Below, in pieces: positions 52,735 through 64,000 of a stretch of 64,000 bases of DNA. The translations under genes and the position numbers were made by a program. The DNA is from Eledone cirrhosa. Taxonomy: Eukaryota. The notes under the pieces are model-generated. The model did not search any database, was not told the DNA's origin, and saw only the letters and a list, made by a program, of their open reading frames with translations. Each line of letters starts with the position of its first letter. The stretch's first letter is position 1. The stretch lies in contig OZ024742.1 in NCBI GenBank assembly GCA_964016885.1, forward strand, positions 156,302,001 through 156,366,000, given 5' to 3'.

Positions 52735-53486
52735 AACTATATATACATATATATATATACATATAAATGAAGTAATTCCGTCGGAAGGGTCCAGAAAAAA
52801 AGAGTGCTCTATGTAGGTTACAGAGCTTATATATACATATCTATATATGCATATCTATATCTCTAGATGTAACCGTTGGTCAGTCAATGGTAAACATTGA
52901 TTACCAAATAAAGTCCCAGATCATAACAATATTTGTTTCGACACACGATCATATTAAAAATCTTGAAAAACAAATTTGTGTATATATATATATGTGTGTG
53001 TGTGTATATGTGTGAGAGTGTGTGTGTATATATATATATATTTATCTATATATATAAATATATATATACATATATGTATGAATATGTGTATATACATACA
53101 TGTGTATATGTGAGTGTATATTTTTATGTGTGTCTTTGCGTAATACTGTATATATGTGTGTATATATTTATATATATATATATATATACGTCTATTTACC
53201 GCTCTTATGTATTTTTTCAATTTTTAATCTTATTTATTTTCTCTATTATTTTGTTTTTGTTTTTGTCCATCCCTGTGTTTATGTATGCGTCGCGCGCGCG
53301 CATACGTTCGTTCATTTTTATTTTTTTTTATTTTTCTTTATTTTTTGCGTGTTTTCTATGTAGCTACTGAACTGTGATCTCAACTGTTTATATGTGTATG
53401 TACGTATGTGAGTGTATATGTGTGCATATGTACATATGTATATGTGTATGTGTGTATTATTATACATGTGTGTGCGTGTGTGTATG

Positions 53487-53537
<51 letters not shown>

Positions 53538-53545
53538 GTGTGTGC

Positions 53546-53589
<44 letters not shown>

Positions 53590-53596
<7 letters not shown>

Positions 53597-55040
53597 ATTT
53601 AGTATATCTACTAACATATGCGTACAGATGTACACTAATGCTAGCAAATACATAAGTTATGTCATAGTACCTAGGTGGTTCAATGCAGGAGGATGCAGAA
53701 CAATAATATGAGAGACGTAAAATAAGAAAATTTTTTAAAAAAATTTAAAAAATTAACTTACTTACTAAAATGTTCACTCCAACTAATTAGTTTCTATAAT
53801 GGGATAAAGACAGTTACGTAATATAACCGTCGAGAATTCATTACGTCATCAAGGAGTCTATTCTCATCTAAGTCTCCAGGCAATGCGCGGACACTGGGGT
53901 CTCATATAAAAATAATAATAATTCTGTTGATGGAACAGCTAGCGGGGATTGGATTCCATGCACTGAAAAGCACGCTGTCCATGGTCAAATGGCAGATTCT
54001 AAAGAATCAATCACGTGACACTGAGGCTAGTCGGAAGGAGTGGGATGGTAAAATGACAGAAGCGTACTACCACACCAATGAATTAGTATTGGTTTTGGCA
54101 GGTTTGCTCAACAAATAAATAATTTGGAGATAAATATAGAGAATTTAGTATATCTACTAACATATGCGTACAGATGTACACTAATGCTAGCAAATACATA
54201 AGTTATGTCATAGTACCTATGTGGTTCAATGCAGGAGGATGCAGAACAATAATATGAAAGTGCATGGAATCCAGTCCCCGCTAGCTGTTCCATCTACCGA
54301 ATTATTATTATTTTTATATGAGTCCCCAGTGTCCGTGCATTGCCCGGAAACTTAGCTGAGAATAGACTCCCTGATGACGTAATGAATTCTCGACGGTTAT
54401 ATTACGTAACTGTCTTTATCCCATTACAGAAACTAATTAGTTGGAGTGAACATTTTAGTAAGTAAGTTATTTTTTTTTATTTTTTTTTTAAATTTTCCTA
54501 TTTTACGTCTTTCATATTATTGTTCTGCATCCTCCTGCATTGTACCACCTAGGTACTATGACATAACTTATGTATTTGCTAGCATTAGCGCACATCTGTA
54601 CGCATATGTTAGTAGATATACTAAATTCTCTATATTTATCTCCAAATTATTTATTTGTTGAGCAAACCTGCCAAAACCACTACTTATTCATTGGTGTGGT
54701 AGTAGGCTTTTGTCATTTTACCATCCCACTCCTTCCGACTAGACTCAGTGTCACGTGATTGATTCTTTAGAATCTGCCATTTGACCAGAGACAGCGTGCT
54801 TTTCAGTGCATGGAATCCAGTCCCCGCTAGCTGTTCCATCTACCGAATTATTATTATTTTTATATGAGTCCCCAGTGTCCGCGCATTGCCTGGAGACTTA
54901 GCTGGGAATAGACTCCCTGATGACGTAATGAATTCTCGACGGTTATATTACGTAACTGTCATTATCCCATTACAGAAACTAATTAGTTGGAGTGAAAATT
55001 TTAGTAAGTAAATTAATATTTAAAATTTTTAAAAAAAATT
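53590..55040. repeat. ~546-bp tandem repeat in an inverted array
   Basis: GTGCATGGAATCCAGTCCCCGCTAGC at 54260 and 54806. 53590-54257 is the reverse complement of the same unit. Confidence 0.85.
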
Positions 55041-55171
55041 TTCTTCTTTTACGTCTTTCATATATATATATATATATATATATGAGTGTGTCTCTTTGCG
55101 TGTCTATGTGTACGTATATATCCGCGTGTGACTTCCAGAGGGAAGAAACAATTCGATTATTTCAACACTTA

Positions 55172-55244
<73 letters not shown>

Positions 55245-56459
55245 CATACATACATACATACATATATATACATACATACATATATATACAACTCGTGAAA
55301 GTACTCGACACAGGTTATGAGTTTGTATATTCGTAAACGTACAGATCGATTTCGTCTCTGTGGTTTGGACAAGTTACCTCTCCTCGACTCCGGCTGTAAA
55401 GTCTGTTGTATCTAATGGAAATAAGAGGAGGGGAAGAAGATAGTGAGGAAGTGAAGAAGGAGGGGAGGGAAGCATGGAAAATAAACGGGGGGGGGTCGTG
55501 AAAGAGGAGAAGAAGGAAGATTAGTAAAGGTCATATATAATCGACCCCGACAAGCGACGTGCCTATCTCCCTCAACATAGTATTCATACGCACTCATCCC
55601 GCCCCCAATAGAGCTCCGCCAATCACGAACTCCCTGTCCTCTCTTACCTAAATATTTCCACACGTAACTACTAGTTTGCTCCTACCAATCCTTCGTCACT
55701 TTTATACAACATCGTCCTCACTAACATTTTTTTTATTCCACTTAAAATGTTATTTTATTTTATATTAACTATTTCATTTTTAGATATTTAATTATTTTTT
55801 AATACTGAATTCTGCTTCGTGCACAAGTCTGACTTCCCAACGAGTACTCTCAACCTATAAATAGTTTATCCTCTTCCCTCTCCCATTTGCTGTCGGATCT
55901 TTAGTAAACGGACGTGAAAGTGCGACGAATAGATATGAAGAAAGAGACAAAAGGGGACAAGATTAATATACTAGATATTAATAAATGAATCACTACCTCC
56001 TTTCGCACATGTGACTCTGCACACTAGGTTCGAACACAAAAGAACGAAACTCCCACCGTCATCGCCTCCGTCTCTCTCACCGTCCGCATCTCTCTCTACT
56101 ATGAGTAAATGGGGTCTCACGCGCTGGCCGCCCGAATGCCACGGCTTAAATAGTTGAGTAGGCGTTTCCTCGCGGATGGTAAGGAAGGTACGCTGGAAGA
56201 ACCATTCCATCTCACGTGGCTGACACCTGCAGCTAGCCAGCTCAGCGTCTATCTGACCATTTGCCCTGACTCCAACCTCTACGATACTATTTTAGTCATA
56301 CAACCCACAATACTTTTCTCTTCTTTTTTCTCTTTCTCTTCGTCCTCTCTTCCTCTTTTCACCCTTTCTTCCTTCATTTACATACTTATTTTCCCGCTTC
56401 CAATGAGTGTGCTTGTGTGTGTGTGTGTGTATGTGTGTGTGTGTGTGTGTGTGAGTATA

Positions 56460-56492
<33 letters not shown>

Positions 56493-56909
56493 GTGCGTGA
56501 GCGATATATGTGTGCATATGCGGAATGAACAGAACAAATCGATTTTCTCCTCCTACGCCATCTCTACCTTTTGCTAAGAAGTTACAGCCACTGACTAATA
56601 TTTTGCCCATGCTAACAATAGCCCAGTGACCTGTGAAGATGACACTATACTACACACTTCTCGATAGTTGATTTTATCATGTCATTCTTTTTAAGATTTC
56701 TTTCTTTTTCTCCACTTTCTAGCTTCTTCTCATGTTTTCCTTTCTTCTTACTTCTTCTTCCTCTCTTACTCTATACCTCCCTTCTCGCCACTCACTTTCT
56801 TTATTTCGAGACGCTTTCCGGAAGAGGGCTAGACGAATAAACTAACCGAAACCACCATGTTTGGGGACGATCAACTACCGATGTATAGGTAATATTTATA
56901 CATACATAA

Positions 56910-57095
56910 GGGCAATAGATTGGCAATATCGGTAGAAGGTCGGACGCCATGCTTTGCAGCATAGAGTTACGGCCCTTTATGATCTGAGTTCAAATCACGC
57001 CGAGGTTAACATTGCATTTCATCCTTACCGGTTCGATGAAATAAAGTACCAGTTATGCACTGGGATAATTGATGGCCTTGTGCCAAATGTTGAAG
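56910..57095 (+). mobile_element. tRNA-derived SINE
   Basis: Same consensus as the other copies. Confidence 0.75.
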
Positions 57096-57197
57096 TAAAT
57101 ATTTATACATATATACATTTATTTATATGTATATATATATTTATAGTCGAGTATAAACAAGACTTATACAGTGATGAGAAAACTAAGAATCTTATGG

Positions 57198-57263
<66 letters not shown>

Positions 57264-57268
<5 letters not shown>

Positions 57269-58212
57269 GCAACAGTACCCACCGTTGCCTGGGTAAGTAA
57301 AATATTATCAGCTTTGATGAAAAGGTGTTGATCTTAGCAACTGCGAGTTTCTTGAAAATCGTTCGTAAGGTGTAGCAAATGGCGAAATGGGAGTGAAATC
57401 ATATGGAATATACGGGAGGTGGAAAAAATCATATTTTGAAGAGTTAAACGGCTGCCACGCCGTCCCTGAACAAAAACTGCAAAGTGTAAAGCTACTATAA
57501 GATGTGCAATGATAGGTTATATCGTAGTATACAAGTTAAACCAAATAAATTGATTTATGTGTGAGGTGGAGCCGAAGTTTGAATTTGAACGAAATCTGTT
57601 GAAAAATGTGGGAGCTAGAGCCGAAAAGGAGGAAATTTGAGCGAAAAGGTGGTATTTTCGAATATTTAAGTGGCTGCCACGCCGTTCCTGAACAAAAAAT
57701 CCAAAATGTAAAGCCTCTTTAAGAGGTGAAATAATCACATATAGCGTAGTGTAACATTTGAACAAAGTAGGTTGATTAATGTTGGGGGTCAGAGCTGAAA
57801 AAGTGGAAATTTGAGTCTAAACGTGGTATTTTTGAATATTTAACCGGCTGCCACGCCCTCCCTGAATAACAAATGCAAAATATAAAGTCATTACAGGATG
57901 TGCAATGATAAGCTCTATTTTGCTTTCAAATTTAAACGAAATCAGTGACAAAATGTGGGAGCTAGAACCCAAAACCTTTTTTTCGATACCTAAAAGAAGG
58001 TGACACCCTATCGAGTTTTATCTGCAGAATGATCCGGAATAAAAAAAACAACAATACGCTGATACGTAGCAAAGACTCCCCTTTGACTAATCTATGAGCC
58101 TGTAAAGTTTCATGAAAATGGGTCGTAAGATGTAGGCCCTATAGGTAATACACATACACACAGACACCCACACACACACATACACACACATACACATACT
58201 TAATTTTATATA
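57264..58212 (+). mobile_element. Non-autonomous Helentron/DINE-1(Lep1)-like element with internal tandem repeats
   Basis: 5' TAGCAACAGTACCCACCGTTGCCTGGGTA hairpin; three GGCTGCCACGCC..CCTGAA units (~57444, 57666, 57840); 3' AAGTTTCATGAAAAT followed by ACA-rich microsatellite and TTTTATATA. Confidence 0.6.
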
Positions 58213-58525
58213 TACATATATACATGAAGTACATGGGAACAACACATCAGAAAACACAGATGAATGATGAAATATGTTATTTTCTCGCTTGATATGGTAG
58301 AAAAAGTGTATTTACGATACGGACACTGGTATTTCTTCAGAATATAGAATGAGAAATAAAAACCCGATCGGAGTAGAGGAAAGAACGAAAAAATATTTTT
58401 GGGAAATATCATGTCTGTATTCAGTTAGGTGTTTTGGGGAATATATACACACACATACATACTAACACACACACAAACACACACGCAGGCACACACATAC
58501 ACACACACACACACAAACACACACA

Positions 58526-58721
<196 letters not shown>

Positions 58722-59486
58722 TATATTTACATATATATTTATAAACGCATATATGTACAAATAATGCTGTATAGATTGATAAAAATTATATAAATACAGC
58801 AAATATGAATGACGAATAATAAAAAGAATCTCGTCAAAACGGAACAAATATTTTTACGTGTGCCTTAGGGCGTATATTTTTGCAGACATTAAGCTCGAGA
58901 TTTAGCACCATCCATTAATGACAGCATTTAAATATTATTCCTAAAAATATGACAAGGATTGTTTTAGCGTAATAGAAAATGATCATGATACACTTACAGT
59001 TATTTATGGGTATGGCTATTTTTTTATTCTATGGCTTAAGCCAAACTATAGTTTTTAATTGCGATGCTTTCTACGAATGTATAAAACTGAATTACCACTA
59101 CATCTATTCTAAACCACATAGCACAATGGTGCATGCATATTTAATACCATTTCTAACAGTTTTATAGTCAATAGAAGAGCTGGGCCATATTGACGTGTTG
59201 TAATAATACGTTGGTAACGTCTCAACCGAAAACGAGGCTAATCTAATCAAACCAGTAGCTGGGGAAAATGTTCAACAATCTCCCATTACATCGTTTCAGG
59301 AAAATCAGATTTATATTCAATTATTTTACATACGTCATCACATCGAGAATAGTTCAAATATAGTAATGGTAAATTTGGGATATGTGTATATACAAATATA
59401 CATATATGTGTGCGTGTCCGTGAGTATGTGTGTGTGTGTGTGAGCGTGTGTGTATGTGTGAGCGTGTGTGTCCATGTTTGTGTGTA

Positions 59487-59553
<67 letters not shown>

Positions 59554-59909
59554 TTCTGTATGTATAAAAAAAATGAGAGAACATTCATTTCTACTTTATC
59601 TTTGAATTATTCGTGCATTTAGATCAAACGCAGTATAGGTGTGAATAAGTAACTATTGAAACACAATAAAATATTTTCATTGAAGGTGTTGGTAGTAATA
59701 CGTAAAGGAAACATATATATTATGCACACGATTATACACGTATGGAATCGTCCAATAATAAATTACGCACATTCATTACATTTTGCCTTACATATAACTA
59801 AGCACACACATGTGTATATATATAAAGATATACATATATTCATTTTAATACGTTATTATATATACATATATTCATTTATATTCCTTTATATATATATATA
59901 TATATAGGA

Positions 59910-59961
<52 letters not shown>

Positions 59962-60460
59962 GAATAGTGAATGAGTGGGAGATCTAGGTGTGTTAATATT
60001 GAACGTCAGATAGGATGCTTGGTGGAATTGATTCTGGCTCAGTTCACTCTCAGATCAAAACACGCTAAGGTCAACTTTGCCTTCTATCCTTCCGCATTTG
60101 ATAAAAGGACCAACAATCCATTACCGTGGTTAATTCCTCCTCTATGTCTCAATCACACACTATATCTCAGGATAAACCTATTCACACTATCTTAGTGCCC
60201 ATTATAGCCATGTTTCTGCTTCATTCCTTTCTTCCAATAGTTGACACCTTGATTTAAATGTCTTTCTTCACGTATTACGATGAACATGTTCCATTTCCCA
60301 GTGATATATATGTAAACGCAGACATTTTAGATCCTTCTTAATATAATTCGTGCATACCACATAATGATGTGTACATTTATCTTTTACCTTTTAACTTTTA
60401 AATTGTAATTATATATGCATACATGCAGATATATTTACGTATATGAATAATATATCCATT

Positions 60461-60600
<140 letters not shown>

Positions 60601-61497
60601 TATATGTGTGTTTTTCACCAATTTGTTTCTCGCTCCATCCACTTCAGATTATGAATATAATTTCCTACTGTTTACATTGATATTTGGCTGGAGTATTCTG
60701 AATCCTTATTTTCATAGCTCTATCACATAATGTACTGATACCCACCTCAATGTCAAATTTTATAATAGATGACGCAGGATTCTCTGACGACTAAATATAT
60801 ATATTACTTCATGCCAGATAAATATCACTGAAATATCTGAACTATATTTTCGTAGCGAATCTGCAATTAATATCTGAGAAGGAGAAAAACAATAAAAGGA
60901 AATTATACAATTCACTTCATTGAATGCCATTTATTACAGCCAATACATTCGAAAGAAAATAGAATAATATCATGGAAAATAAATTATTCTATCGAAAACT
61001 GCCAAAATGTTGCTGCAGAAGTAACGTAGAAGAAAATATTTTTTATGCTATTGCAATTATTATCAGCAATAAATTATCACTGGAGCAATTAAAACTTAAA
61101 ATTATGAGTTAAATCATCTCAAATTTAAAAACTGAAATGCTGAAATAAATAAAGAGACAATATTTATATAAAGAGAAACGTAATTTTGATGGTCAGATTA
61201 ATAGATTTAATGAAAAAAAAATTATCTGTGTTACTTCATATGAAAATAAGCAAATAATATATAAAAACACACATTCATGCGAACAGAGACAGAGAGGGAA
61301 ACACACACACACACAAGCAGACACATATACAATAGCATATATCAGTAAGGGCGAAATGGTTATAGAGAACACATTCAAAACAATTTTCTGTCCATTCATT
61401 TCAGATGTGTTCTCAAATTGTATGTCGAACATTATTGCACATACGCAAATATACACACACACATACACACACACACACACATACACACACACACAAA

Positions 61498-61581
<84 letters not shown>

Positions 61582-61590
61582 TATATATAT

Positions 61591-61960
61591 ATAATATAAA
61601 ATCAAAAGATGGTTAAAGGAGTTTCATGTATTTTATTATGCGTATTTCAAAATCAAATATCATCACGGGATGATATTTGCGTTCTCATCAGATAAAATAG
61701 GGAGACATGATATGAAGGTTAAGAAACACTGTCGAGCAGTGAAGTGTTAAATCAACATATTATTTCTCCCTTTTGTATCTGATGAGAACGCAAATATCAT
61801 CATATGATGATATTTGCTTTTGAAATGCGCTTAATAAAATACATGGAACTCTTTTAACCATCTTTTGATTTTATATTATTTATACTCCAGTCCTATAAAC
61901 TGTTAAGTGCTACTTATTCGATATTTGCATTGCTTTATTGTGCTACAATAAAACTCACCT

Positions 61961-61962
<2 letters not shown>
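61591..61962. mobile_element. Fold-back PLE-type insertion in (AT)n with two HHRs
   Basis: Arms 61591-~61720 and ~61750-61878; tail to 61962. Confidence 0.8.
61630..61698 (-). ncRNA. Type I hammerhead ribozyme, canonical core (mirror copy 61771-61840 on +)
   Basis: ATTTTAT-CTGATGA-GAAC-GCAAATATCATC-CCGT-GATGATATTTGA-TTTT-GAAAT-ACGC-ATA-ATAAAAT; 7-bp stem I, long stem II. Confidence 0.85.
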
Positions 61963-62002
<40 letters not shown>

Positions 62003-62003
<1 letters not shown>

Positions 62004-64000
62004 GTGGAGAAGTAAAATACAGAAGAATAGACCGTTAAAACATGTTTATTTAAAATAGAACCTACGTACGTTTCGCCCAAATGGGCTTCTCAATGGCATA
62101 ATAACTAAAAAGTGTTACTTACGTGACGACCCAGAAAGGCTTTTTAGAGATAAGTTCACCTCAGAGTTAATTTTAGTAAAAAAAAACATGTTTTGGTTTT
62201 GCAGTAAGTCAACGGAGATAACTCTGACCGCTGTTAGGGCAGACTTTCCCGGACAAATTTTGTATCCGATACAAGCATGTGGTTACTACCTTACCATTGC
62301 CGATACGCAAAGGGTCAGGTATGAAACGTTTGTTTCGAGACGTTTGTTTGATGCGCCTGCCCGCCTGGGTCGATTCATGCCGGGTCTGGGGTGCATGGGT
62401 AGGTGTCCGGCTGTCTTCAGCAGCGCCCGCCCGCCGGGCTGTTAAAGCTTGGTGCAGGGAGACACGGTTTACGGTTTCACTCCTTATTCTTATTCCATCT
62501 GAAGTAGGATATTTTAAAGCGGTGTGTACATCTTATCGTCGTTTCCGCGCTGCTGTTGATGAGCTCGTGGGGTTCCGTCATGATCTGGTAGAACTCGATG
62601 AGACAAAGCTCGCACTTCCTCTTGAAGTAATACGGTGCAGCCCTGCCGACAATTTCCCAGTGCGTGGAGAAGCTGATGTTTAAGTTTGTTTTAATGGTGT
62701 GATGTAGTTCGCGAGCGAAGTGGAGTCTCTTAATTTCTTATTTGCGAAAGAGTGGAGATGTGTTCGAAATTTAATTTTGAACGGGCCAGAGGTAGCCCCT
62801 ATATAAGGTTTAACGCTATTATGGCTAGTTACGGTGCATCTATATATAACCCTATCAGTGAAGCAGTTTTCCCTAAGGAGGCAGCGTCCTCTCTCTCGAC
62901 AGTTGCAATTTCGGTCGCGGTCCCTTCTAACTCCCACGGTAAGGCTATTATTATTGCTATCTACGTTGTTACCTGCGCTCCTACATCTATCATTGGAACT
63001 ATTATAACCCACCATGCGCGGGGTATTCCCATTATTAATCCGCACGCAGCAGCGTCTTCCGTTGCCGCCAGGTGACCTGTGCGGGTCACCTGAATATTCC
63101 TCAGTCATGTCGCGGTTATGTTGCTTGCGTCTGTAGAGGCTGTTGACAGCACTAGTGGATGCTGTTAGGGAGTGGTTAAGGCCGATATAGTTGTTGTCAG
63201 GTGTAGGTGCGTCTGTGCTAAGGTGTCTTCGTGATCTTACTGTGATCTGTGGTTCCTATGATGTCTGCTAGGTTAGGAGTAGTAGAGAAGGATATATTTA
63301 TATCGTTCCTATTAAGGATTCTCCTATACGTATGGTTGGTGAGAAGTTCTTCTCTAGGCTTCGAAGAATATCCGGGGTATGTCGGAGGCCAACCTCCGAG
63401 AGTAAGGGGAATGGAGCCATCGGATGTACGGTGGGGATTATGTGTCTTAGTACGTTTGCTACGGGTAGTGCTATCAGGGTGCCCGTTCTTATGCATGTAT
63501 CCTTTCGCGTTATGCTCGGGTGCACTATTCTTCCTTCTGCTATGTTTATGTATAAGAATATGTTGGTTGGAAGATGTTGGTAATAGGCCGTCGCCTTTGT
63601 TGATTTTATAGTAGGGGAATAATTCAAGTAGGATATAGTGGTCACTGTCACCGGGGTCGTGATCTTTATTGTGTGGTAAGCTACCTATACTATCGCCAGT
63701 GTAATTAACATTGTGGCCGTGTTTCTTAGTGCGATTTTTTATACTATTACATCCGACTCCTTCGAAGTCAACACGTGATCGCTTATAGGTATGGCTTACT
63801 ATAACGTTAGTCTTATGAGAGGAGGGGGTCTGGAGCTAGCATAAGGGATGTAAGAGATTCCTCGGTTAAAACCGGCGCTTATCAAGGCCCTATTGTAGTA
63901 ATCTGCCGCTTGGTTGAATATATCGTCATTGGCGGAGAGCCTCGAGATCCTATGTGAGATGCTATAGACAATGGAGTTAAGAGTCTGCTTAGGGTGGTTG
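62003..64000 (-). mobile_element. Penelope-like element (end of RT, GIY-YIG, 3' pLTR), degraded; runs off the window
   Basis: NHP..SISHRISRLSANDDIFNQAADYYNRALISAGF; CNCR..CLL; VIYRC..PYIGAT..FK; CELCL. HHR-like motif at 62059-62097. Confidence 0.85.
62059..62097 (-). ncRNA. Minimal HHR, U3:A8 core
   Basis: TTGAGAA-GCCC-ATTT-GGGC-GAAAC-GTAC-GTA; palindromic stem III; stem I weak. Confidence 0.55.

Noticed and set aside
60780-60842. CTGACGA...GAAAT-ATC motif
   Set aside because: No stem II; compatible with chance in AT-rich DNA.

Overview
This is AT-rich, microsatellite-rich eukaryotic DNA with no recognisable host protein-coding gene. A recurrent tRNA-type SINE resembles octopod SINEs, so a coleoid cephalopod (octopus-like) source is inferred, not proven. 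The window is essentially mobile-element relics: RTE and CRE LINE ends, mariner/Tigger/hAT remnants, a Gypsy integrase, a Helentron-like element, a 9-kb head-to-tail array of four Dong/R4 retrotransposons each ending in (TAA)n, and several Penelope-like elements (PLEs; RT and/or GIY-YIG). The most striking signal is non-coding. About 18 fold-back (inverted-repeat) insertions sit mostly within (AT)n tracts, and many carry type I minimal hammerhead ribozymes (HHRs) with palindromic stem III. Several HHRs have non-canonical cores (U3:A8 compensatory; U4C). A ~317-bp HHR-bearing tandem repeat arranged as an inverted array (33325-34590) looks like a non-LTR retrozyme/circRNA source. All structures were read by eye; coordinates of degenerate elements are approximate.
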